The notes below the pieces were generated by a model. It was given only the letters and a program-made list of their open reading frames with translations, searched no databases and was not told the DNA's origin. From Spirogloea muscicola (taxonomy: Eukaryota), in assembly GCA_009602725.1 (NCBI GenBank), contig WELB01000023.1, positions 501,369 to 562,320 on the forward strand: a stretch of 60,952 nt of DNA, written 5' to 3'. The position numbers were made by a program, and so were the translations under genes. Positions 13,301 to 24,973 of this stretch are shown one piece after another. Positions within the stretch are counted from its first letter, which is position 1, and each line of letters starts with the position of its first letter.

Positions 13301-14084
13301 CTGTAGTCTTTATCTCCTCATCATCATAGTTGCTGCCTGTGAGTAAGTGACTGCAGAGTCCAGGGTTGGTTCATCAGGCCCTTGATTCATTCGCAGGGTG
13401 GGTACAGAAAGGGCATCTCCACAGTTCCTTCAAACCTCTTCTCTGAACCTAGACGAGTTCCTAACCTGAATATCATTTCTGGCAGGTAGACACCCTCTCC
13501 ACTGTGAATCTCGACGGGGATGCCATCGCCGTTATTCCACACTTGGAGAGTGTTTGTCTCTGCATCTGCAGTCCAAAACATTCACACGCATCTCGTTAGA
13601 GCTGAGTAGATACACAACGCATGCACCCCATGCAGAGGAACCCCGAACTTCATAGTCCTGCTCACATAAGGATTTATATACAATTGCCTGACATTTTTCA
13701 GTGAAAGCGGCCAAAGCGATAAGTGGTGAGAACTTACTAATGTTGACCTTCAAAAGATCCATTCCCGGGCATCGAGACTTGTGGTCAGCCGCATTGACGA
13801 GAATCTCATCAAATATCTTGTAGAGCCCTGACGACAAGGACAGCTTGCCGTCAGCGTTCAGATCACGTGGGAACAAGCAGACAGCTGACCGTCAACTACG
13901 GCCAAGCAAGCTCACCTGGCACGTAGGTGACGTCCCGCTGCACAAGAGAGCCGCCCTCGTACACCCAGAGGTGCTGCGTGTGCGCCTCCACGGAGCCAAT
14001 GTACGCGTCGGGCCTGAGCAGGATGTGCTCCAGCTGCGTCTTCTTCTGGTACGTCTCCTCGATGGTCCTCTCCCTCGCAGCCAT
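4328..14084 (-). CDS. TOP2: DNA topoisomerase II (type IIA), about 30 exons
   Basis: YQKKTQLEHILLRPD, GLYKIFDEILVNAAD, GGRNGYGAKL, EGDSA, FPLKGK, IMTDQDHDGSHIKGL, DGLKPGQRK, YHHGE, catalytic SPRY. The low-complexity C-terminal exons end DDASSQ* (stop 4328-4330); their boundaries are less certain. Confidence 0.97.
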
Positions 14085-14222
14085 GGCGCCGCCCCGCCGG
14101 AGATGCGGCGCCGCCTAGGCGCGGGCGCCAGCGGCCATGGCGGCCGGCGGCCGCGGTGGGAGCGGGCTTGGTGGTGGGGGATGGGGGGCCTACTACAACA
14201 GCGGCTGCTGGTGGGGGGGCTT

Positions 14223-14288
14223 TTTGAACGCGGCAACGGCTGAAGAACGGGCAGGACGAGCGCGCAACGAGACCGCGCCTCGGCCGTT
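14223..14288. promoter_or_regulatory. Putative MSA-core (AACGG) cluster in the TOP2/PPR divergent promoter
   Basis: AACGG at 14235 and 14246, CCGTT at 14284 and TTTGAA at 14223, all 140-200 bp upstream of the TOP2 ATG. Confidence 0.35.
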
Positions 14289-14674
14289 CCGTCCGCGTTG
14301 AACGTCCCCCACCTCCATGTCAAGGCAGCCCAGCTCCCAGCGCCAGCTCCTGGAAGCGCCGCCATTGCCGCCATCGCCGCCAGCCGCCGCCGCCGTCGCG
14401 GGCCGCCAAGGGCTGCTCCCCGCGGCCGGGCCTGGAGCTGGCCCGTGAGCCTCCAGCCACTCGACCAGGCTGCGGCTCTCCCTCTGCGGCTGCCGGTCTG
14501 AGGGCCCTTCCAATTCTGGCGATGTTCCTGGGCCGGCTCACGGCGGCCTTTCGTCTAGCGCACGGCTTGCGGCGGACCGTCTGACGATTCCAGTGCACAA
14601 GCCAGAGCCGATGCGGGCTCTGGAGCCCTGCCACGTAGAGCTCGCCGGCGCCAGTCCCTGGTGCCCTCGCTGCA

Positions 14675-17600
14675 ATGTACCGGTGTCAGGAGATCGGGTC
14701 CATCCCAGTTCAGTGGCAACCGTGGGGTCGGCGCAGCGGAACCTCCACTTGGGCGGCCGAGTCTAATGGAGGCCGGCGCCATGATGCTCCCGGTGCTTGC
14801 CGGTGGGCTCGTGGCTGCACCTTGCACATCGCCAGCTGCGAGCTCAAGGCCCCAGGAGCTTGCTTTGCTGCGCCGACGTCCGGGGCGAGGAGTCGCGGCT
14901 CTCACAGCCTACCGGCGCTCGATTTGTCCAGCATTGCTTCATCAAGGATTGTCTGGGGCCCACTGGCGGCCTCTGCAAGCTGCCAAGCTGCTGCAGAGGC
15001 ACTGGCGGAGGTGGCGGAGACTGGTCACGGTGCTCTCGAGTGCGGCGACGGTGAAAAGAGACACCCGCCACTGGTGGAGGCGCGTTCGGTTGCTGCCGCG
15101 CTGGTGGACGTCACCAATGTCTGTGATGTAGCAAACGCGCTTCAAGGGCAGCCGCGGCATGCCCTCCCTGTGTACACGTCTGCTATTCAGGTCAGCTGGA
15201 GATTCTGCACTGCTCCATACCCCAGTGCCAAGATAAGCAGGCCAAACTACTTGTGGAGTACCGACTAGCCTTAGTGTTGCTGATGTTACTTGAGTCCGAG
15301 TTGTCAATTATATAAGCCTTAGCCAATCAGAGTTCATAAAAGTCCCAGAGTTACCAGATGCAATTCTCATCAAAAGCCCCTATCCTAAATTGGATGTAAT
15401 GGGTGGCCAATGTGCAATTGTGTTGGTGCATTCACGCCGAGCAGAGGCTGGGCAGAGCCAAGCGGCCCGAGGCGGCCGCAGCACTCTTCGAGTGGCTGGA
15501 ATCTGCCGGCGGCAATCTTGCACCGGACGTACGCGCATTCAACGCCCTTCTGGGAGCGCAGCAGGCGGCGGGGCAGGTTGGCACAGCACTTGAGGTGCAA
15601 CAGCGAATGACCAAGCGTGGCGTGGAGGCAGACGTGGCGACATATAACATGCTCATTGGCCTGCATGGCAAGCGTGGGGATGCGGAGGCGGCTGTCGGGG
15701 CTTTCCATGAAATGAAAGTTGCAGGACTGCAGCCCGACAAATTCAGCTACCGCGCGCTCGCCCAAGCCTGCGAGCGCGTCGGTTGCTTCCGCCAGGCGCT
15801 CGAGGCATATGCGGAGCTAATTAATGGGCAGCCATTGAGCAACGAGGTGGCCACCTGCCAAGGGGGCGGGGCGGCGACCGCGCGGCTCGGTGCCCGTCTA
15901 GAGCAGCGTGCCAGCTCTGTCATGCGGGGCATGCTGGCAGCAGGGCAGCCTGAGGAAGTGCTTGAGCTCTTCCGGCTGCTCTGCCGGGCGCAGCTCCAGC
16001 CAAGCGCCGACGGCTTTAGGCACGCCCTGCTAGCCTGTGCGGCATGTCACGACAACGTCCGTCGCCACACCCTCTCAGAGTCCATACTGCTGTAAACCCC
16101 ACTCCATACAAAGCCCTAGATTGTAATTTCAAGTTGCATCTTGATTGAAGCCCTGAGGAATGTGACATACATGTGATGCTGTGCAACGTAAGTTGCTCAA
16201 CCAGGCCATGATTGGCAGTTTCTGCAGGCAGTTACACAAGAATTGCAAAGCTAGCAGGAATAGTCAATCATGGCCTGGTTGAGGCTGCAGCCAGCAATTA
16301 TTGGAAGTCAGGTGCAGACTTTAAGAATTCCTGTTAGGGGCTTAGTGCTCTCATAACCTAGGCAATTGCCTCTGTAGTTACTTGGTGCGGAGGAGTTCGT
16401 TCCACGTGGCACCGAAGTTGCAAGATAGTTCATAGCTGTCATTGTCAGGGGTCAGTCAGTCATGCAGACACTAGCGGTGCTGCAAGGGCCTCCTGCTGAT
16501 GGTCGTCGATTGCACCTCTGGCAGACGAACCGTCCTCGAGACATCTACATGATAATGCGCGAGCGTGGCTTCCATCCGACTGCGCAGCTGTGCAATGCAG
16601 TCATTGCCACCCTTGGCCGGGGCCGACGCTGGTGGGCCGCGCTGGAGGTGAACCCCCAACATGCGCCGTCTTCTTGATGCAACTGCAATGTCAGCTGCGT
16701 GCAGTGGTTGCGCTACCTCTCAAGTGCCAGCTGACCTCCCGCAGAATCCACATTGCTTCTCTGTGTGAGCAGGTCTTTGAGGACATGCAGGACCAAGGAC
16801 CAGCCCCTGACCGAGCAACCATTTGCCTCCTGCACCAGCAGTTTGCTGTCCTCCTCGGTGCCGCCAAGAGGAGGCGGCTCTGGAAGTGGGCTCTCCAGCT
16901 TCTGGAGAAGATGCTTGAAAAGGCAAGCTCCGACGTTGCAATGCTGCAAGCGTTCCATGTGCACATTGTCTTCTTCGGAAAACATCTGGGGATTGAGATT
17001 GACAATGAAGGCTTCAATGTTGGTATCTGGTATTTTGGAGAAATCAGCAATAGCACTCATCGTTGACCAGGCCATCTGAATACTGTGCGATCAAGGGGTG
17101 CAGTGCCTGTGCCCTGATTGGAGGCCTGCAATGCTGGGCAGGGCTTGGAGCCGGAGGAGGCGGCGTGGCACAGCGTGCTTGTGACGTGTGCCGGCGCTGG
17201 GGCTGCCACGTCAGCTGTTCGCGTCTTCAACCAGATGCAGCTCCGAGGCTTCCCTGCGGGTCCAGTGGCGTTTGGGGCACTCCTCAGCGCCTTTGAGAAG
17301 GTCATCAGCGGGACTTGCTTCATGCTGCCTACTGCAAAACCAGCTTCCTTGGCAAACCCCCAAGCCATAGACTGCAGTCGAGTTACATGTAGCATCCTGG
17401 TTCAGTGCTCAAGAAATGGACCAAGTCTGCATCTGTAGACACAACCCCTTTGTCCAAGGTTACAATCAAGTCCTTCGCTCTGTCCTGCATTGAAAGTGCC
17501 TGGACTTAGCGGCAGTGAGCCTCACAGGTTCACAGGTACAGCCTCTTGCGAGAACAAGTCACTCTGCCAAATGAGGCACCTGCCCTTCAATGCCAACTTC

Positions 17601-18346
17601 ACTCGGGTTTCAAGCCCAACATGCCAGACCTTACATAGCTCGGCGGACCACTTTTTGCGCAGGCTGACCAGCTGGAGGATGCTAAGCTGCTGTGGGACCA
17701 GATGATTCAGGAGGGCGTTGCCCGTAATGTGCACGCCTACACCACAATGATCTCTGCTTACGGCAAGCGGGGCCAGTATGGGTGCGCCCTGCGCGTGTTC
17801 GAGGAGCTCAGCCACGCCGGGCTGCCGCTCACAGTGGTCCCTTACAATGCTCTGATCAGCGCCTGCGTCCGGACGGGTGACGGTCTACGAGCTCTTCACA
17901 TTCTCGAAGAGGTGAGCAGGGGTGTCTTGCAGCGCGGCATAGCCAGATACAAAAAGTTGAAACCCTACCACGTTGTGCATGCAAGTGCACAACGTATGCT
18001 GAAAGGCAGCAGGGCTGTGACTCCTCTTTAGCTGCAAGTGGGCACCCAGCTTCATTGATGACAGATGTGTACTTGAATTGGCAGCTAGAAAGCACCGCAC
18101 TTCAGCAACAACATTCGCCTGTATTTGCAGATGAAAATGGCATCGATTGAGCCTGATGCAATCTCCTACCAGGAGACGATTGAGGCTTTGGCGTTGGAGG
18201 GGCAGTGGCAATTTGTTGTCGATGTCTTTACCACATCCCTGCGGAAAGGCGTAGAAACCACATCCGTCATGCGCCGGACCATCATGCGCATCCGCCAGGA
18301 AAAGGGCTCTGAGTATTTCAGGACAAGCCAGCTCGTAGGCAAATAG
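14675..18346 (+). CDS. P-class pentatricopeptide repeat protein
   Basis: Multiple 35-aa PPR motifs (PDVRAFNALLGA, ADVATYNMLIGLHGKRG, PDKFSYRAL, NVHAYTTMISAYGKRG, PDAISYQETIEAL) across spliced exons. The start is uncertain; an upstream exon from ATG about 14317 is possible. Confidence 0.9.
16196..16283. repeat. Intronic inverted repeat/foldback (19-bp perfect arms)
   Basis: CTCAACCAGGCCATGATTG ... CAATCATGGCCTGGTTGAG, with further imperfect pairing inward, inside a PPR intron. Confidence 0.8.
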
Positions 18347-18806
18347 CATCCAACCATGTCATTTACCCTTCTCGTATACGCATAACAGTACATGAGGGCT
18401 ATATGTCTCCATTAGCTTGCCTACCTCAACACTCATGCACAAGATAGAACAGCACTGTCCTGCACATTATAATAAAGATCAGACTTTGTCTCTTGACGAT
18501 AAAAAAAGAATGTAAAAGTTGTAAATGGCGTAAATGAAGAGCGACATGTAGGCCCGCTCGTATAACGGTGTCCTTCTACTGCCCAATAACGAAAATATGT
18601 AAAGCACAAAGCAAGACAGGCTTCTGCAGCACTTGGCATGTAGGAGCATGCAGGTCGCAGGAAGTCAACCTGTACAGAGCTATCTGCTGCTGGCCACATG
18701 AATAAGAATATAGTATCGATGGGAACTCTAAGTTGCCACAAGCGCCTTGACTATGCAGAGATGGAAATTGCTGCAGCATTGATGGCAAAGGGTTTGTTTA
18801 GTGCAG

Positions 18807-21800
18807 TCAAGTCAGAATGATGCGAGCTTTAGGTTCAGGCTCCAGCTTCTTTGCTTCTGCCACTGCAGCTGCCATTCGCTCGGTGAAGAGACTCCACTCA
18901 TACTTCTGACGGCTCTCAATCTGAACAGGCTCAAAGGAGATCATGCCATCAGTCTTGTGCTTGAATAGACGTGCGTGAGCTAAGGTGTGGGCTCCGTGTG
19001 TGCAAGGACAACTGAGGTCCACAGGCATGGACTTAGACAGTGACCTACTTGCGTATTATCAGGACGGGTGGCTCTGGCTCATCAGTCACGAAATTTTAGA
19101 ACAGCAAGCTCGTTTTCCTTGATCAGCTGAGACGACAGGTCAATGTATAAGACTTTCAGCTACCCCTGATCTGAGATTATGATGGCCTTGATTAGAATCA
19201 CCTCGCCCCACATATTAGCCTTCTCATCTCTTTCCTGCATAATGTGATGGCAGGAACATGCTTGAGCCTTTCATCAGACAACTTTCAGCATGTATTGAAT
19301 ACTCAAAGCACCCTACGTACAAGAAAAGTGCTCGCAATAGGGCATGCATGACTTGTTACAACACTGCAACTTAAACGCAATTGAACCCAGCCTAGAATGT
19401 CTACTACTGTTGATTGATGCTCACAGGCTTGATTGTCACAGGCTTCAGGACGACGTACTGAGCATCGACAACACCAATTGTCTTGTGAGGGATCCCCTGA
19501 GAAAGGTTTTGCAGTGAAGTCAACCACAAGCTCTTTGAGCACGTACATGAGCCCTTGACAGAAGTGGCTGAGAGGAGAGATAAGTGAAAGTAGCAGCCAA
19601 CATGCAATGAGGCGATCAGAGCTCATGGGGTGATACAAATAGCCATAGGACACCAACGTAACAAGCAACCCAAAGATCAATTATCTTAAACATTGTCAGA
19701 CAGGGCAGACATCGTGAAGTGCCAAACCTGGGCGCATTTATGAATGTTAAAATCCAGGCCCCAGCCATGGACCAGGTCGTTCTGCAGAGAGCAAGCTGCC
19801 TATCAGGACGCTTGTAGCTTTGCACTGTATGCACAAGCAGGCACAGGTGGTCAGACAGAACAAAATGCACAAAGGAGCATACCAGCAATGCTTTCATTGC
19901 GTGACTGGGCTGTATGTGGCCTCAATCTTGCCTGTATTAAGTGCCAGACACATCGCCAAGCCTTCCTGGTGAACACTGGTACCTGCATCTCCACAAAGCT
20001 GGACAGCCAACCGACAACAACGGCAACAATAGCATCATCATGGCGTGTGCAAGCAACAAAGCCGACAATGCATGGGATGCGCAGCTGCTGCTAAAGTCCA
20101 CGGCTCACCCTGAGCAGGGAGGATCATGAGGCTTCTTGCACCAACCCGGATTCTCCTTGACAATCCTGTACAAGGTATGGGCCGTAGATTGACATCTGAT
20201 TTGGACTTGAGGCTTGTGGTGACCACTGGCCTTTCAACTGAACTAGAGCGCCCTTTTATGTAATGAATAACACCCGCAGCACAAGAATAGAGCAACTGTT
20301 TTTTGAGCTGGAGCATGGTGGCCCAATCATGAGGGACAATCTAATAGAGACTGGCAAGAGGCCTGATATCTGTTGTGGTGTTACTTGTGCACTTCTGAAT
20401 CTGGAAGCCTGCGAGTCATCTGCCACGGACGCGGCTTGTCTGCGGGGTACTCGACAGCAGGCTGAGAAATTTCCAAGCCATGCGCTTTCGCCAACTCCAG
20501 GTACCTGCACTCATTACACATCTGTGAAGCTTGACAATCTGCCAACAGCAGTACATGGGCCTGAAGCTGTCAACCAACGGCAGGCCAGCCACTGCCTTAG
20601 AGCATGTCAGACATGGCTGCTTGTCATGCAAAAGTGCGTCCACGCATCCCCATCGACGTGAACAGGACCTGAAAGAACAACTATTAAATTACTTTGACTG
20701 GCAAGTTCATATATCCCACTAAGCAACTTGAGAGAGCGTCAGCAAGGCTAGACCTCTTTGTGTCAACCCCGCAAGTAAGTTCAGCTGGAGTGCGCCTGAG
20801 AGGCGGTGGCCAGCTTGCCTGAGAGGTTCAAAGTCGTCGACGCCAACAGTCTGGTCCCAAAGCCACACGTAGTCATAGGCATCCACAATGCTGGGGTGGA
20901 GGAAGCGCTTGGTGAACCACCTGCGGAGTTGGTGCGGATAGATTATGCAAGGAGTCCTCTGGCAAATCATTGAGGTGGGCTCCACCAAGGATGAGGTGAG
21001 ACACGAGCTTCCTTGGCTGCTCGGAAATTCAGAGCAGGTGCCACGGGAGCATAGCTTCATGTGTGTTTTACTATTCTATATGCTGATGTGGTAACTGGAG
21101 ACCTGGAAAGCATTTAGAATAGCTCTTATATCATGGATGAGAACGATCAGGCCTACAGAAATCACAACGAAGGCTCCATTCAGGGGTCCGTTGTCCAGAG
21201 GCTGCACACCACTTGGTTTGACCCTCGGCCACAACATGTGTTGCCCGCTGAGCCCAATCGTACTCAAGCCAGTCGTCCATGCGGCCATCGCTGTGGCACA
21301 GCATCACCGTGAAGTGCTGGGAGGGGAACTGGCGGTTGCGGAGGACAAGTGCCAGAGTAAGTACATCTACTACTTTCGGTGGATCTCTATCAGAAGGTAT
21401 TTGCAATGTACTGTTATAAGGGTGGAACCCCAAGATGATGCATGAGATGGGTCAATGGGTACAGTCGGCTAGCTCCAGTAAGAAAGAGGGTAGCTGCAAC
21501 CAGGACAATTGCATGGGTTGCTTGTGATCTGAAGCTAAGAATCGTAAGGACTGGCCCTGGAGTTACAAGATCAGAAAACTTCTAGACTTCAGAACTCTTT
21601 CATCCTTAGAGGTCTCAGCTGGTAGCGTCTGGTCCGCTAAAACTGGTCGCCCTGCTAATACAACTGTGCAAGCAGAGGGCTATGACAAGGCAAGGCATCT
21701 GATCTGCTGCAGGGAAGGCAGGCGAGGACCTTGGAGACAAGTTGGTCCATATCGTCGAGCCGCTGGTCGTCCACAAAGAGCACCAGGAGGCTTTCCGCCT

Positions 21801-22980
21801 TGGATGGCAGGTCCTGCAAGGACATCAGGGCCTCAGGACACAAACCAGCACACGTCGTTCTGTACAACTGGAAAATAATCTTGCAGCCCTGACAATCACG
21901 ACCTTACAGTCACGACAATACATGCGTTTATATTCTTTGTGGTCCAAAGACAAAGATCTGAGGATCTACAGTCCGAGGTCTTGACTACAGCGCAGGGTCA
22001 CAGGGCTGCACCTCCTCCGGCGCGCCCAGCAGACGCCTCATGTAGAGGTCGGAGGTGGCCACCACGATCTTCGGTGGTAGGCCCAGCGCTTCCTCGGGGA
22101 CCATGGCCACCTCGCGCTGGTGAAGACGACACACGCATGCTGTTGGAGGATGTCTGGCATCACTGATCCGATGCTTGTCAAAGATGCTTGTCAAAGACCA
22201 GAGCAGGTATGCACTAGTGGCCACCCAGACGGCCACCACATGAGGCGCGCTGCAATGGGTTGAGTAGGCCGAGCATCCGCGAGTCGTACTCGATTCTCGC
22301 AGTACGAGACATAAGGGGGCAGGCGCGCACCTGGCGGGGAGGGGGCATCGCGACCTTCGACTCCAGGCGGCAAGTGGCAATGGCAGCTGGGCTGAGCCAT
22401 GGCGACTGGGGATGGACAAGTGCGTCTATGTCAGGGGTCCACATCGAGCTCGGACGCAGCTGAGAGCCTGCTCGCCTGCTCCAGCGACGTCACAAGGCGC
22501 GCCGCAAGTGGGGCTTGGGCGGCCCAGGAGGCACCTGCGCGACGAGGAGGCCGCCGGCGACCCCAAGGGCCAGGCCGGAGGCAGTGAAGAGCCACGGGTG
22601 GAGGCGATGGTGGTCGAGCCGCCGCTTGCCGCCGCCGCCGCCACCGCCGCTGCAGCAACCCCAGGCCGCCGCTGTCAGCCTCGAGCTGCAGGCGAGCCGA
22701 GCCGGCCACCAGCAGTGCTGTGAGCCCTGGCTGCGGCGGCGGCGGCGGCGGCGGCGGACATGGCGGCCAGCAGCCCGGCAGCGGACCTCGGGGCCCGCGA
22801 GGTCGCGGAGGCGCGCAGCACGATGGCGAGCGCAAGGAGGAGCCCCAGAAGAACGTGCAGGCCGCTGCGGTGGTCAGCGGCGACGGCGGCCCGGCCAGAC
22901 AGCTCCGACTCGGCGCTCGCCGCCAGAAACGGCGGGGACAGCGCGGCGCCATTGCCGGCGCCGCCGCCGCCGCCGCGCAT
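18807..22980 (-). CDS. DUF707 family protein (plant type II membrane protein)
   Basis: LPPKIVVATSDLYMRRLLG, QTKW|WFTKRFLHPSIVDAYDYVWLWD, GLEISQP, FVEMQVPVFTRKAWRCVWHLIQ|NDLVHGWGLD. N-terminal TM LHVLLGLLLALAIVL. The start is tentative because it lies next to a gap. Confidence 0.9.
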
Positions 22981-23039
22981 CGCGGCGCCACGGGGCCGTC
23001 GCAGCTGCAGCAGCGAGGAGCCGAGCTACGCAGCCACTG

Positions 23040-23566
<527 letters not shown>

Positions 23567-23576
23567 GCCGCAACCG

Positions 23577-23609
<33 letters not shown>

Positions 23610-23845
23610 GCGGCGGCAGCTGCCCTCTCAGGTCGTGTCCAGCCTGCACACGACCGTTCCAGCGTTGCATCAGCCCTGCCCCTGACGCGGACGCCGACGC
23701 TCGGCAGCGGCGCGCTGACTGGCCCCCCTTGCCAACTCCGCCGCAGCAGCATTGCCAGCGCCGGGCGACGCCGAGCTCCTGGCGGGTGGCCGACGCGGCT
23801 GCTCGGCAGCGCCAACGCCGCCCTCGTCTTGCTGCTGGCCCAGGT

Positions 23846-24753
23846 ATGGCGCTGCTCGCGGCAGCGGAAACATTGGCACTGCTGCGCCACTTTGGCCTCC
23901 GCGAGGTCATGCAGAGATTGGGAAATCAGGCAGGCGGTGAGCAGCCTCTGTGCTGCAGTACGGCTTGCTGGCTTTCCGATCAATGGCGGCTGGATTGGGC
24001 TGTCAGCATTTCCTGCATTGCTGCACGGGCATTGGCGTTGCAATTGCCGTTTGGTTGCTGTTGACGCCTGTGCCACAGGCGTTCCAGCCCTTGGTGGCGG
24101 ACGTGGCGGAGCCCCTGCTCGCCATGTTGGGCTTGACGGCGTGCCTCGCCTCCTGTGGCCTCCTTCGGGGCCTCTGCCACCTGAGAGGCCAGCCGACCCT
24201 GGCAGCAGCCTGGCTGCCGGGCTGGTTACACGGGTGGGGCGTCGTGCACCTCAGTGACTTCTCGCTCGCCTCCGCGGCGCTGTCAGCCACACGTCTTCTC
24301 CTTCGGCGACTTGCACCGAAATTCTTCGTATGTGTTGTGCATCTCCTTTCCTTACTGGCGCCTGCAGCTGCAGCGCAATGTCGCGGCTTGTATGCTCAGC
24401 TCTGAAAGACTGTTGTGGCCGAGTGTGACGACTGCCGTGCTCGTGTTGTGGCAGCAAATGCTCCGGTGTGCCGGAGCGGCGATCCCAGTCGCAGCTTCCT
24501 ACGCCCGCACAAAGGTGCTGGCCAAGAGGCTCACCGAGAGCAAGGAGGGCGTTGAGCTGGTGGCACTAGCCTTTGCTCGGCTCCAAAAGACGGCTGCAGG
24601 CAGGAGGAGCGGCAGCAGCAGCCAGGGTAGTGGCGGCAGTCAGGCCGTGGGTCTCCCAACAGTCTCTGCGCAGGCGCTGATGGAGCAGCTTTGGCAACGC
24701 CAGCATCGCTTCGCGGCTGCGCGCCTCTGCCACCTGCTTACTGACTTCCACGA
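23846..24753 (+). CDS. Spliced hydrophobic coding module, probably the N-terminal part of the downstream ABC1 kinase gene
   Basis: In-phase exons MALLAAAETL..LGNQ|AFQPLVAD..APKFF|QMLRCAGAAIPVAASY..EQLWQRQHRFAAARL..DFHE. The WxxQHxxAA motif resembles ABC1K N-termini. The true start may lie in the gap. Confidence 0.55.
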
Positions 24754-24973
24754 GTATGCGCCGCGGGGCTTTACTCAGCCTTAAACCCTTTGCAAGTATT
24801 CTTACACGAACTCTAGACCCTTGCCCCGACAGACAACACCCTGATCCAAACCCTGGCCCCACTTGTACCGCCAGAACATTTGGTCCTCATCTCATGTTGC
24901 TCACTCCCTCGACAACTGCGTCTGCAAATCCATGCAGGTTCAGAAATAGAAAGTCTTGGGGGGGGGTGAAGCA

